The notes beneath the pieces were generated by a model, which was not told the DNA's origin, did not search any database, and saw only the letters and a list, made by a program, of their open reading frames with translations. The translations under genes and the position numbers were made by a program. A DNA stretch of 64,000 bases from an uncultured Poribacteria bacterium (GTDB taxonomy: Bacteria; Poribacteria; WGA-4E; WGA-3G), in NCBI GenBank assembly GCA_958296135.2, contig CATQHZ020000001.1, positions 3,264,001 through 3,328,000 of the forward strand, in the 5' to 3' direction. This document shows positions 50,601 through 61,195 of the stretch, piece after piece (position 1 is the stretch's first letter; every line of letters begins with the position of its first letter).

Positions 50601-50665
50601 GAATGCCGCATCGGGCGTAGCACATTCAGGAAGGCGACGGTGAGAGTGTTCTCGTTGTTTGGCAT
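47657..50665 (-). CDS. Fused restriction-modification enzyme (type IIG-like): nuclease + N6-adenine MTase + putative target recognition domain
   Basis: EPDAVI..IEVK; HYT; DFACGTG; NPPY. Confidence 0.85.
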   Translation of the reverse strand: MPNNENTLTVAFLNVLRPMRHSWSVAAHPIRPFRENQKEPDAVITEPKRNAIAIEVKVDGERAPDTSGEGQLLDDCLGQTLKQSGETIHTGIAIRFPHRYRTIEQGGLLSEMGAAKDIKYILLSTDAPHRFPQVSGMPGPEDWLTGSVSNIADAIRVGATPVAKIEEAAQILERGIEAAGKLVDTAIAARPEIGKQIESALHQESCPQTTRMAMLIIGNAFIFQSSLAGKPELETVPSLSRLRGQNGLLDSDLVFDAWYTIQTVNYHSIYDVAVELVNAIALDDRLVGAVLWTLRNTARELEQMGLAREHELAGIVFQKLITDRRFIKAHYTRPESAALLSALVLPPPPPVTNEETGSKPASRKVAHLPKIADFACGTGTLLNGVYQRLLGFHEQAGGKSEDIHQFMLEKNLVGCDILPNAVHLTAAIIASTHPNIKIGDTRIYAMEYGTHRSDGQYAIGALNLLRNPAETLPIPMTASRRVGGTGDINTQAQQEFRHGEFDIVIQNPPYIKGNTDKNSEVPKTTFGDKDEEIERAMKKSLKSLKGSIGDGNAGVASHFVELADKMLKPNGVMGIVLPSNAIAGTSWRKVRKLWATEYRDIIVVTIADKEIANSTFSADTGIAECLVVATKGKGQATGRGTFICLHRRPAGVLEAREIANQVHQLPDSRCGKGHREGQTPALRVSPLRRLEDGITGGNPIKVGTETVGYAMDAPLPDVEEGWPVCRIKDMSVAQVAHQLANGVLRLPRQLEPLSIPICRLSDIAKTSMGPLSIYGDGGEGAFDVEKGCPDTADYPCLWHVNSKQQKTMLVGPDAHALPRPDCEDKVAKIMALNSRIHYSESIRFNAGSLLVLFTEQKTIGVNTLPNVRFTDESYEYAWALWGNSTLGLLCHWLQCGKQQQGRGILRKRTLRALPTLDVTRLSAAQLAAAEQIFHELKGAVLYPFNEMVGDAVRHQLDRRLLSEVLGFGEGTHPEVHEGLALLRAKLCAEPSIDGAKKSRRAG

Positions 50666-50689
50666 GTAATTTCTCCGTATTCGTTGTCC

Positions 50690-50890
50690 CCCGCGTGCCT
50701 TGACAGTGGCGAGGTAGGAGAGCCCTCCCGCGTCTCGATGCTCCCTGAAGCCTGTCTCCCGCGTGCGTCGACAGTGGCGAGGTAGGAGAGCCCTCCCGGT
50801 CTCGATGCTCCCTGAAGCCTGTCTCCCGCGTGCCTCGACAGTGGCGAGGGGAACCCTCGGCGATTAGCGTTCGCCGGGCCCTCGCCCTAC
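50690..50890. repeat. Tandem repeat of about 67-68 bp x 2.4, ending in a 45-bp element identical to 57097-57141
   Basis: Units start at 50690, 50758 and 50825. Confidence 0.9.
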
Positions 50891-50928
50891 GTTCCCGGGG
50901 CTGTCCGTAGCGCGGGGGAGCTCAAAGA

Positions 50929-51618
50929 CTAAACCTCGCGAAACCGATATCCTACCCCGTGTACCGTCTCAATATGTCGCCCGAGGTCTCCGAGTTTCCG
51001 GCGGAGGCGGCTGACATGCGTATCCACAGTCCGGTCGATACCGTAATACTCCTGCCCCCAGATAACGTCCATGAGAATCTCGCGGGTGAAAACGCGCCCG
51101 GGGGAACGTGCAAACAAGGTGAGGAGCTTGAACTCCGTGGCGGTGAGCTCGATTGTCTCGTCTTCCGTCTGCACTTGATGCTTGTCCAGATCGATGGTGA
51201 GGCCGTGCGTCCGAATTTTTTGCGTCTCCTCCGTTTCTCGCCCAACTTTGAGACGGCGGAGGACAGCGGCGACGCGCAAAACGACTTCCCTAGGGCTAAA
51301 CGGCTTCGGGATATAGTCATCAGCCCCGTGCTCTAATCCCCTGATTCTGTCCTCTTCTTCTCTCTTAGCAGTGAGCATGACGATGGGGACATGCTTGGTC
51401 CGCGAATCGCTTTTCAGTAAACGGCAGACGATGAGGCCGTCTACTTCTGGAAGCATGAGGTCCAACAGAATGAGGTCCGGCGGTTCTTCGATAGCACGCT
51501 GAAGTGCATCAGCACCGTTCCGGACGTAATCCGTTTTAAAGCCTGCTTCCTGCAGGTTATATCGTAGCAGTTCAACAATATCGCGTTCGTCTTCAACGAT
51601 TAAAATCTTGGCTTGCAT
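50929..51618 (-). CDS. OmpR/PhoB family response regulator (PhoB-like)
   Basis: VEDE, LLDLMLP, KPF, RTVDTHVSRLRRKL, GVGY. Confidence 0.92.
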   Translation of the reverse strand: MQAKILIVEDERDIVELLRYNLQEAGFKTDYVRNGADALQRAIEEPPDLILLDLMLPEVDGLIVCRLLKSDSRTKHVPIVMLTAKREEEDRIRGLEHGADDYIPKPFSPREVVLRVAAVLRRLKVGRETEETQKIRTHGLTIDLDKHQVQTEDETIELTATEFKLLTLFARSPGRVFTREILMDVIWGQEYYGIDRTVDTHVSRLRRKLGDLGRHIETVHGVGYRFREV

Positions 51619-51998
51619 GGCATCCTTTGCTGTTGGCGTGTAGCGTTTGGCGTTAACCGCGTTTTCTCATTGATATATTTTATCATATAAAAGGGATGAT
51701 GTCAAATCTTTTTGAGAGCCGTGTTGAAAAAAATTGACAGGGGGTGGGTAAGTCTCATTGAATAAGATACGCACAAAATGGGAACCGAAATCGTTCTCGT
51801 TTTCAGGTTTCGGGGGTTCCCACGCGGATTTCCATATCCGCCCGTATCCCGCCGAAAAATTAACCGAATTATTTTCTTAATCCTCAGGCGAGCCCTGACT
51901 CCCGACGGGGAAAACTGAATCGTTTCTCGGCGTTTCGTTTTTAACATTGAAAACGCGCAGGGAAATATGCTATTATCCCTGCAAAACAGAGAAAGAAG

Positions 51999-54126
51999 GT
52001 GAAGAGAAATCACAACGATAACAACATTCCAACGGTGGCAACGGGGAATCTGTCTCATTTGCCTCCTTGCGACACTACTTTTCGCACGCGCCGCCACCGG
52101 TATCCGCGGGTTCACGGCGGAAAATGCCGTTATCCAAAAGGACTATGAAGCCGCGTATAAAGCACTTGTTTCCCCGGAGATGTGTCGGCAGAAACTACGG
52201 CACCTCACCGAAGAACCGCACCTCGCCGGGACAGAGAATAGCCGGAAGGTGGCAGAATACTTGCGCGATGAGTTTGAAAACTACGGCTTGAAGGTGCAGC
52301 TCTACGAATACCACGTCTACCTGCCACACCCGCTTGAGGTGCAAGTAGAGATGGTCTCACCTACCGCCTACCAAGCCATGGGAAAAGAGGCGAGTTGGGA
52401 GTGGGACAAGGACTCGTACGAAACGGAGATTGTGCCGGGATACAACGCCTATTCGCCCGATGGCGATGTGACAGCGGAACTTGTCTACGTCAACAAGGGA
52501 TTGCCGGAGGATTACCTATTTCTCAGGGAACAAGGCATTTCGGTTGAGGGGAAAATCTGCATTGTTCGGTACGGCGGCAGCTACCGCGGCGTAAAGGCGA
52601 AGGTCGCGGGGGATAACGGGGCTGTAGGCTTAATCCTCTACTCCGATCCTGCAGACGACGGCTACATGCGGGGCGATGTCTACCCGCGCGGCCCGTGGCG
52701 CTCTGCCGATGCAATTCAGCGTGGCACGGTGAAATATATCTTCCAACACGCCAGCGACCCGTTGACACCCGGCTGGGCGGCAACTCAAGATGCAGAAAGA
52801 CTCACTCGCGCCGAAGCGACAGACTTGCCTAAGATACCGGTTGTACCGCTGGCGTATCGAGATGCGCAACCGTTGTTACAAGCACTCGCCGGCCCGAATG
52901 TGCCATCGGCATGGCAGGGCGGCCTGCCCTTCGCATATCACATTGGCCCTGGGCCGGCGAAGGTTCACCTCAAGGTGCGCTGCGAGCACAGCATCCGTCC
53001 CATCTACAACGTCATCGCCACTTTGGCAGGCACGGAATACCCAGATGAATGGGTGATTTTAGGCAATCACCACGATGCATGGGTTTATGGCGCGGCGGAC
53101 CCCGGCAGCGGCACCGCATCGCTGTTAGAAGTCGCGCGATGCCTGGGCGCGCTCGCCAAAGCGGGGACGCGTCCAAAACGTACGATCGTTTTCGCCGCAT
53201 GGGATGCAGAAGAATTCGGCATCATCGGCTCAACCGAATGGGTCGAAGAACTGAAAGCGACGCTGAATCAGAAAGCTGTTGCCTACCTCAACGTTGACAT
53301 CGCCGCCACAGGCGGAAACCTTTATGTCAGTGCTGTTCCATCGCTGCGGCAGTTGGTTCGCGACGTAACGCAAACCGTCACCGACCCGGGCTCCTTAAAA
53401 TCGGTTTACGAGATCTGGCAGACGAGACAGGGGAAAGCAGTTCCGCAGGTTGGCAACCTCGGCAGCGGTTCCGACCATTCGCCGTTTATCGGGCATGCCG
53501 GCATCCCCTCACTCAGCATGGGATTTGGCGGCCCCTACGGTGTCTACCACGCCATGCAGGACAACTTTTATTGGATGTCGCACTTCGGCGACGCAACGTT
53601 TCAGTACCAGGCGGCGATGGCAAAGATTTGGGGGCTGCTCGCGTTGCAACTAGCGAATGCCGATATTTTGCCTCTTGATTACGGAACTTACGCGGTAGAC
53701 CTCGGGATGCCACTGAAGTTGTTGCAAAATGCCGGTTCAGAAATCAAGATTGCCTCGGAAATTGAAAAACTCGCCGAATTACTCGCGGCATGGGAAGAGG
53801 CGGCGGCTGCGCTGCATCAGGCGTTTGAAATAGCCCTGGAATCCGGAAACCTGCCGAATGTCGCAGAGATAAACCAGCGTTTGTATCAACTAGAGCGGCA
53901 TTTGACAAGTGAAGCAGGTTTGCCACTGCGCCCGTGGTTCAAGCATCTCATCTACGCACCGGGACTGAATACAGGGTATGCCGCGGTCATTTTTCCCGGC
54001 GTTCACGATGCACTAGAGGCAGGGAATGATGCCGAGGTCCGCGCGCAACTCACCCAACTGGGGGAAGCATTTCAGCGGATGATCCAAGGGATTCATGAGA
54101 TTCGGGGGCTCCTCCCCGACGATTAG
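51999..54126 (+). CDS. M28 glutamate carboxypeptidase II-like peptidase (PA + M28 + TfR dimerisation domains); 5' end irregular
   Basis: GNHHDAW, GAADPGSG, WDAEEFG, GSGSDH, RPWFKH; frame open from 52003 but first ATG is at 52180. Confidence 0.88.
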
Positions 54127-55169
54127 GCATCCGCAACCGGCACGGCGGAAACGGCCTCTAATACAACGCTATCCCCAATCTGGGATGGGCAACCGTAGTC
54201 GGTTTGGACAGCGTAAATCTCTCCTTCCACCTCAACTTGATAGATGAAGTAATTCCCCTTAAACGCGCGGCCGACGATACGGCCGCCTTTCGCATCACAG
54301 CTGGCTTTCATCGTTAAGCATTCAGGACGGATTGAGAGGATGACTTCGTTGGTGGAAGTAGCGCGCTGACAAAGCGCGCCTACACGTATATGTCCAAACC
54401 GGGTCTCGGCCACTCCATCTTTCACGTGCACACGGATAAAGTTGGTTTGCCCGAGAAAATCTGCGACATACGCCGTTTTCGGCTGCCGATACACCTCTAC
54501 CGGCGTGCCAATCTGTTCAACCGTTCCTATCTTCATCACGGCTAACCGTTCGGCGAAACTTAACGCTTCCTCTTGACTGTGCGTAACGAGCACGGCACTG
54601 ATACCTTCGGATTTCAGGAGCGCGCGCACCTCTTCACGGGTTGCCTGCCGTAATCCCGGGTCAAGGCTGGAGAAGGGTTCGTCTAGCAAGAGCAGCCGTG
54701 GCCGCGCGACAATGGAGCGCGCCAAGGCGACGCGCTGCTGTTCGCCACCGGAGAGGTGATGTGGTAACCGCGCGTGGAAATCCGCTAAACCCACCATTTC
54801 TAGCACCTCCATGGCTCTGGCGCGCCGCGTCTTCTTCCGCATTTTTCGGAGTCCGAAGGCGACGTTATCAAGCACGTTCTTGTGCGGAAACAAGGCGAAG
54901 TCCTGAAAAACAAATCCGATGCCGCGCACTTCCGGAGGAACATGCACCTGGCCATTCGCAAACACGCGTCCCGCCACAGTAATCGTGCCAGCATCCGCCT
55001 TTTCAAATCCCGCGATGAGTCGCAGCGTCGTCGTTTTACCGCAGCCACTCGGCCCGAGTAGCGCGAAGATTTCGCCCGAATACACCTCAAAACTCACAGC
55101 ATTGACGACAGGAGGCTGGTCTGCCCCGAATCGTTTGGTAATTCCATTGACAGTCAGTAGCGGTGTCAT
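54123..55169 (-). CDS. ABC ATPase, FbpC/PotA (iron/polyamine) family
   Basis: GPSGCGKT, VFQDFALFPH, LSGGE, TOBE tail; start MTPLLTV. Confidence 0.9.
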   Translation of the reverse strand: MTPLLTVNGITKRFGADQPPVVNAVSFEVYSGEIFALLGPSGCGKTTTLRLIAGFEKADAGTITVAGRVFANGQVHVPPEVRGIGFVFQDFALFPHKNVLDNVAFGLRKMRKKTRRARAMEVLEMVGLADFHARLPHHLSGGEQQRVALARSIVARPRLLLLDEPFSSLDPGLRQATREEVRALLKSEGISAVLVTHSQEEALSFAERLAVMKIGTVEQIGTPVEVYRQPKTAYVADFLGQTNFIRVHVKDGVAETRFGHIRVGALCQRATSTNEVILSIRPECLTMKASCDAKGGRIVGRAFKGNYFIYQVEVEGEIYAVQTDYGCPSQIGDSVVLEAVSAVPVADA

Positions 55170-57088
55170 AACGTATGTCCCGCGCCGGAGGAGGGCATGT
55201 AGAGATTCAACGCAAAACTGATGAGGCTCAGTAGGCTCCGCGGAATGTAGTCCCCTAAAACGAGTCCGAGGAAAAACGGAATCGCCTTGCGATACGTCTG
55301 CCAACCAGAAAAACGGAGGATGAGGAACTTGATTAACCAACTCACCATCACAGGGAACCAGAAGTAGATAAGCCCGCCCCACGATGCCCCGGAAAGCACA
55401 TATCCCGATGGATGAAGTGTCCACCACAGCAGACGGGTGCGGAGAAAATTGAGGAGAAAGACGAACGCGAAGCCGCCGGACATAAATGCCACCGCGCTGA
55501 TATCCGGCTCCTTCGGATGCTGGAGCCAACTCTGAAGTGGATTGAAACTTTCCCACCCGAAGCGGCCGACAACGCCTTGGCAGCGCGCCAGCACGCCGTA
55601 ATGATACGCCACTTGTAAATATGTCCAGAATGTGGCGAGCGCGCCAACGCCGATAGCGAGTGCCATCCCCAACAGCAAGGTTTTCCCCGGCATACCTGCC
55701 CGTTCCCCAATGCGAAGTGACTCGATCTGGTTCGGCATCGGATGTGAACGGTTGCAACGATTAAAGGCGTAGAGGAACGTCATCACGGTGAGGTTCGCCG
55801 CACCTAATTGCCGCGTCCCGAACATGCTTACCATCATCTGGCGCGGGTTGATACCGATAACTTCGTGGTAAGGCGGCCCGAGTTCCGCGCGCACGCGCCC
55901 GATTGCCAACGCAAATGCAATGAACAGGGCATAGAAAACGCCTATCGCCCACAGCGACATGCCGGCGGCATAACAGAACGCGAACACCAGCCCGACGCTG
56001 ATAACTGTGAGCGCGGTAGTCGTCCGATAAGTGAAGGGTTCGCTGGTATCGTCGCCGCGTTCCCGGCCGAAGACGTGCCGGGCGAAACGCGCGAAATGCC
56101 GCCGCCCCATCCAGAGTGTCAGCACGGCGATGCCCACCCACGCGCCGGAGGCTCTGTCATTGAGATGGAGCACGCTGATGTTCGTCACACCGACAGCACT
56201 CGCAATGACACGCTCAGCACGGGTGAGCCAGAAGAAAAACCACGTCGAAAAGGCAAGATCCAACGGCATGAAATAGGTTAACCCGACAACCGCGAGGTTG
56301 AACGACATGGAGGCATACCCGATAGCGTTCCATGGACGCTCCGTAAAATGACTATCCAAGCGATAGTTCGGCGGCATCGCGGGGACAACCGGAAAAATGT
56401 CATGCAGTCCAGCCAGTACCCGAAGCAGCGCAGCCGCACCGAACCCAAGCCAAAGCGCGCGGGAACGGAAAAAGTTGCGGTTCGTTGTCATCTGCAACGG
56501 CAGCTGCGTTAGTGGGAAACTCAGTTTTTCGCGTTCCATCCACTGCTTGCGGAGAAGCAACCCGAGACAGAGCAGTGAACCGTAGAGCAGGAAAATAAAA
56601 CCAGACCAGATGAGTGCCGGCCTTATCCAGATACGGAGGTGTTCTGCCCAATAAATGCTAGATTCACCCTCATAATAGCCGGCTAGCCATTCGTAGTCAT
56701 GCACAGTGAGCCACGCCGGTATATGGTGCAGGAAGAGTTGGGCCCACTCGTTTTCGGCACTCGCGAACCAGAAAGGATGCGCGAGGGTTCCCATCAGAAT
56801 TGCCATCATCGCATGGCCGGAGATAGTGGACACCATCGTCACCATAATGTAGATGAGCAGCAATTCCGCGGCGGTAAAGGCGACGCTCGGCGACAGTTTC
56901 CGAAGCAGCACGTTGAGCGCGAGGAGCACCACTAACGTAAAAACCGCGTTGGAAAACGGCGAGACTAGCGTGTAGACTGCATACCACAATTCACTAGCTA
57001 TCCCCACCCAATACGCATTGACGATGACGAGGATGAGGCCAACGATTATCGCTTTTTTGGTGATGACATTGGGAGATTTTTGGGGCAT
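55166..57088 (-). CDS. Polytopic membrane protein, OPT-like (DUF6785/6784 type) putative transporter
   Basis: Many TM segments; RKQWMEREKLSFPL, RVRAELG, PFFLGLVLGD. Confidence 0.72.
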   Translation of the reverse strand: MPQKSPNVITKKAIIVGLILVIVNAYWVGIASELWYAVYTLVSPFSNAVFTLVVLLALNVLLRKLSPSVAFTAAELLLIYIMVTMVSTISGHAMMAILMGTLAHPFWFASAENEWAQLFLHHIPAWLTVHDYEWLAGYYEGESSIYWAEHLRIWIRPALIWSGFIFLLYGSLLCLGLLLRKQWMEREKLSFPLTQLPLQMTTNRNFFRSRALWLGFGAAALLRVLAGLHDIFPVVPAMPPNYRLDSHFTERPWNAIGYASMSFNLAVVGLTYFMPLDLAFSTWFFFWLTRAERVIASAVGVTNISVLHLNDRASGAWVGIAVLTLWMGRRHFARFARHVFGRERGDDTSEPFTYRTTTALTVISVGLVFAFCYAAGMSLWAIGVFYALFIAFALAIGRVRAELGPPYHEVIGINPRQMMVSMFGTRQLGAANLTVMTFLYAFNRCNRSHPMPNQIESLRIGERAGMPGKTLLLGMALAIGVGALATFWTYLQVAYHYGVLARCQGVVGRFGWESFNPLQSWLQHPKEPDISAVAFMSGGFAFVFLLNFLRTRLLWWTLHPSGYVLSGASWGGLIYFWFPVMVSWLIKFLILRFSGWQTYRKAIPFFLGLVLGDYIPRSLLSLISFALNLYMPSSGAGHTL

Positions 57089-57251
57089 TTTGACGATGGC
57101 GAGGGGAACCCTCGGCGATTAGCGTTCGCCGGGCCCTCGCCTTCTGCTTATTTCTCAGTAGGGCAAGACTGTCTCGTCTTGCTCTGTTCGGGCTCCCGAT
57201 GTCACTAACATCGGCGAGTTGCGAACCCGAGCGACTCAGGTGAATTCGGTA

Positions 57252-58808
57252 CTATTCCTCAGAAGTTGCCGCGCCTTCTCCCGGTTTTTCAACTTCTGTG
57301 GAGGAGAGGGACTCGGCACTCTCGGGCGGCGGGTTGAGGTATTTGTCAATCTCGCCAGCTTTGATGATGCGGAGGGCCTCCTGCAATTGCTTGTCGTATG
57401 CTAAATTCACGACGCGTTCAATGCCGACGTTGAGGTTAAACAGCTGCTCCGCACGCAGTTTTAACCACCGCAGTCCGACGCGGATGCCATCTGCCTCCAG
57501 AGATTGCTGTAACGCCGGCAGGGCATCCGCCAGTTTCGCGAACTCTTTGGGCGTTTCTCCCGTCCGCTTCAATTCATCCTCAATCCATTCTGTGACGAAA
57601 TCTTCCACTGCGTCTTGCTCCGCAGCCATCCGCTGCATCACCTGTGCAATGCGCCCATATTTCTCAAGAGAGACAGCGACGTGTGGGGTGATGCCAGCTT
57701 TATGGATGGAGGTGCCGTTCGGCGTATAATAGGTGGAAATCGTCAGCGACATTGCACCGATGGTGTCGGAAGGCCCCAGCGGGTAGCGTTTTTGGACGAC
57801 ACCTTTGCCGAAGGTTTTTTGCCCGACTAGGAGGCCGCGGCGGGTATCTTTCACCGCGCCCGCGACGATTTCAGACGCACTCGCGCTGTATTCATTCACT
57901 AGCACAACCAGGGGCATAGCCGCATCACACAAGAGGTGCGGACTTGCAGGATACTCCTCGTTAAACTCACTTCGGCGTTCGTTCCGAGTGGAGACGATCG
58001 GCCCCTCGTCAATGAACGCATCGGCGACGTGATATGCAGCGTTGAGAAGCCCACCCTGATTGTCCCGCAAATCCAGAATGAGTGCCTTCATGCCAGCAGC
58101 GTTATGCGCAGCAAGGGCGTTGTTGAATTCCTCTTCTGTCCCACCCTTCCTGCCGCTCCCGATAAACTTCGTGATATGGATATAGCCGATAGACTCCTCA
58201 AGCATCGTTGACATGACGCTCGTAATCGGAATCCTAGCACGCGTGAGCGTCACCTCAAACGGCTTCAGAAATTCGCGCTGCACGGTAATTGTCACCTCCG
58301 TGCCCAGTTTCCCGCGCAGCATATCAACGACATCGTTAATCATCATACCCGTTTTTTCGGTGAGGTGGATGCGCTGCCCGTTGACTTTAGTGATATAATC
58401 ACCGGCGCGGAGCCCGTGTGACTCAGCAGGAGTACCGGTAAGCGGTTTAGAAATCTTGATGAACCCACGATGGTCTGGATAGATATGGATGCCGAGCCCG
58501 CCAAACCCCGCATTATAGAGATTCTCAACGGAACGTTGATGGTCCCGTTCGGATATGTAGTAGGTATACGGATCGCCGATAGCAGCGAGCGCGCCTTTAA
58601 TCGCACCGAGGTACATCTCATCGCTGTCAACAGGTTCGTAGTAATTTTTCTCGGCGATAGAAACCGCACCCATCAGGGCGCGGTTGAGCATCGCGCGGGT
58701 GATGCGTTCATCGCCACTCATCGCCTCTTTTTCACCGGAATGGATGAGGAAGAACGGAATGCCGATAGCGGCAAGGATGACGATGACGGATAATGTGTAT
58801 CTTTTCAT
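57252..58808 (-). CDS. ctpA: C-terminal processing protease (S41)
   Basis: DPY, PDZ GLGI, LDLRDNQGG, SASASE, TFGKG. Confidence 0.93.
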   Translation of the reverse strand: MKRYTLSVIVILAAIGIPFFLIHSGEKEAMSGDERITRAMLNRALMGAVSIAEKNYYEPVDSDEMYLGAIKGALAAIGDPYTYYISERDHQRSVENLYNAGFGGLGIHIYPDHRGFIKISKPLTGTPAESHGLRAGDYITKVNGQRIHLTEKTGMMINDVVDMLRGKLGTEVTITVQREFLKPFEVTLTRARIPITSVMSTMLEESIGYIHITKFIGSGRKGGTEEEFNNALAAHNAAGMKALILDLRDNQGGLLNAAYHVADAFIDEGPIVSTRNERRSEFNEEYPASPHLLCDAAMPLVVLVNEYSASASEIVAGAVKDTRRGLLVGQKTFGKGVVQKRYPLGPSDTIGAMSLTISTYYTPNGTSIHKAGITPHVAVSLEKYGRIAQVMQRMAAEQDAVEDFVTEWIEDELKRTGETPKEFAKLADALPALQQSLEADGIRVGLRWLKLRAEQLFNLNVGIERVVNLAYDKQLQEALRIIKAGEIDKYLNPPPESAESLSSTEVEKPGEGAATSEE

Positions 58809-58951
58809 GGTTTTGCCTCTCTGTCGTTTAAAGTTACCTAGGTATTTCCAAGTGTCCCCTTATTTTAACATAATTTACACGTTCATGCAACATGATTTTC
58901 TAGGCCTGCCGCAAATCTATCATGACCGGTAGGCGCGGTTTCAAACCGCGC

Positions 58952-60022
58952 CTACGGCGAGTGTGCTGCATCAGTCTTTTTTCCTTCCCGCACGAACCGG
59001 CTTTCCCGTCTCGCCTGCCACGCAGGATGCGGCTGCGTCTTCCACCGGTTGTGAAGCCACAGCCACTGCTCCGGGTATTCGCGAATATACCCCTCTAAAT
59101 GCTTCAGCAGACATGCTGTCCAGACCTCAACGTCGCGCTCAAAATTGTCGGAGACTTCCAGCTGCATCGGTGGCAAAATGTGAACGCGGTGCCGGTCATC
59201 GGGCTGACGGATGTCTAAGGAGAAGAGGAGCGGCGCACCAGTCTTCAGCGCAAGCGCGACGGGGCCCCGCACCGCTGAAGCCGGTCTCCCGAAAAAATCG
59301 ACGAATACGCCTTCCCGGCCGGCGTTCTGATCTGCGAAAAATCCGACCGCGGCATTATCCTTCAGCGCGCGCAAAGTTTCTCGCACGGCGCGCTTCCGTG
59401 GAATTAATTCCAAACTGAGGTGCTCGCGATACTGCCAGATATAGGCGTTCAGTTTCACATTTTTCAACGGAAAAGCGATGGCTTTCGCCTGATGCGGAAT
59501 GAGCGCGCCGTAAACCAGCGAGAGGAACTCCCAATTCCCAAAGTGTGGCAGAAAGACGATGGCCCCTTTTCCTTGTGCCAAAGCGGCATGGAGATGTTCC
59601 GCGCCCTCCACGGTAACCTCGCGCCAGATATTCTCTGCATCAAACAGCGGAAACCGAAGAAATTCGATGCAGGTTTTGCCGAGATTGATAAAGCATTTCC
59701 TGCAAATCTCTGGTATGGATTGAGCGGGCAGATATGAACGACATCCATCCTTACAAGCGTTTTCGCCGAACGCAAGCTGAAGGTTATCTAGGGCGGTCTG
59801 CCGCCGTTTTTTTAGCAAATAATAGAGCAGTTTGCCTATCCCGCTGCCGAGGCGCATCGCCCACGGTTTGGGAAGTTGCCGGCAGAACCAACCGAAACTC
59901 CGAACAATTTGATAGACAAGGGTATCTGTCGCGCGCTGCCAAAGCGAATCAGGATTTTCAGGTTGATAGGATTGGACAAAATTACGGCTTCTGTTGCTGG
60001 AAACGTGATTCTTTAAAAACAT
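58952..60022 (-). CDS. lpxL: Lipid A biosynthesis (lauroyl) acyltransferase family; start uncertain
   Basis: HFGNWE, ADQ, VDFFG, PEQWLWLHNRWK. Confidence 0.88.
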   Translation of the reverse strand: MFLKNHVSSNRSRNFVQSYQPENPDSLWQRATDTLVYQIVRSFGWFCRQLPKPWAMRLGSGIGKLLYYLLKKRRQTALDNLQLAFGENACKDGCRSYLPAQSIPEICRKCFINLGKTCIEFLRFPLFDAENIWREVTVEGAEHLHAALAQGKGAIVFLPHFGNWEFLSLVYGALIPHQAKAIAFPLKNVKLNAYIWQYREHLSLELIPRKRAVRETLRALKDNAAVGFFADQNAGREGVFVDFFGRPASAVRGPVALALKTGAPLLFSLDIRQPDDRHRVHILPPMQLEVSDNFERDVEVWTACLLKHLEGYIREYPEQWLWLHNRWKTQPHPAWQARRESRFVREGKKTDAAHSP

Positions 60023-60196
60023 GATGGAGAGAGTATACCATATCTCTTCACAAAAGGCAAACCGGGGCCGTCCGCGGCGATTTTTCATTGGCATAAAACG
60101 GGAAATCTTGTAAAATGACTGCAATTCCTATAGATATTAAGGAACTAACGGTGTTATCGGAACGGATTCTTTTTTACTCCAACGGAGGGAAAACCA

Positions 60197-61195
60197 ATGG
60201 CTAACTCAGCGGGAATTACTAGAACAATCGTGTCCATGTATCGTAACCATTTCGGGCTGTTTTGTCGGATTCTGCTGCCCGTGCTTATCCTCGCAATTTT
60301 AGTTGACATCGCGCTGTTTTTCCGAACCGCAGAGGAACTTCCGGCGGAGTTCAAGGTTGGATGGAACGTTAACACAGTTGATGGCATCGGCACCCTGGAC
60401 ATTTCGCAGCGCGAGCCGGGGTTTGACGCGAGATTCGGATTCTTTCCCTCTGTCAGATTAACGAGAGAGGATGGGAGCACTTGGATATGGAGCCTCGACC
60501 TTCGGAATTTCCGAAACGTCAATTACTACAGTCTCCTCCTACTCGTGCTTTGCCCATTATCCCTCGCTGTCGCCCAACTTTATGGCGGACAGAAGATAAC
60601 CGCTAGAGAGGTGTGGCGGCACACCGGGCGCAGCATCTGGAAGGTCTTAGGAACAAACCTCCTCTTGGTGCTCATTTTGGATGGGCTCACTATTTTCTTC
60701 TCCTTCGCGTTACGCTGGTTTATACCGTGGGCAGTTTTCAAATCTATGTTTACAATAACCGTGGCGCACACCTATTTTCTCGTGTACGTCAGTCTCTATA
60801 ATCCGTGCCTCATGCTTGAGCAGCACTCTGTGCTATCGGTTTTCCGCCGCAGCTATGCGTTGGTGAAAGGAAATTGGTGGCGGTTTTTCCTCATTTATCT
60901 CGTGACATCATGGGTGGCCTCAACACTTACCTCGGTGCTTCTGGGTTGCGCATTGCTGACGTTTTCAGTCTTTACGCCGGAACTCTCGTCGATTCGCGAG
61001 ATATTGTTTCCATTCAATTTCTTCACACTGTTCCTCGGTGCCAATGTTGACGTGAGCTTAGCCAATTTACCGGGCGTTCCCACGACGGTGGCCATACTTG
61101 CCGCCAGAGGGTTGATTCTTGCATGCCTAGTCCCTATTTGGGCAATTGTGCCGACGCGTCTTTATCTGGAAAGGGCTACGGAGGAGGCATGCTAG
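60197..61195 (+). CDS. Hypothetical polytopic membrane protein
   Basis: GGAGG RBS; YRNHF, RRSYALVKGNWWR; several TM segments. Confidence 0.8.
   Translation: MANSAGITRTIVSMYRNHFGLFCRILLPVLILAILVDIALFFRTAEELPAEFKVGWNVNTVDGIGTLDISQREPGFDARFGFFPSVRLTREDGSTWIWSLDLRNFRNVNYYSLLLLVLCPLSLAVAQLYGGQKITAREVWRHTGRSIWKVLGTNLLLVLILDGLTIFFSFALRWFIPWAVFKSMFTITVAHTYFLVYVSLYNPCLMLEQHSVLSVFRRSYALVKGNWWRFFLIYLVTSWVASTLTSVLLGCALLTFSVFTPELSSIREILFPFNFFTLFLGANVDVSLANLPGVPTTVAILAARGLILACLVPIWAIVPTRLYLERATEEAC

Noticed and set aside
50690-50890. CRISPR array
   Set aside because: Whole units repeat with no unique spacers; no cas genes in the window
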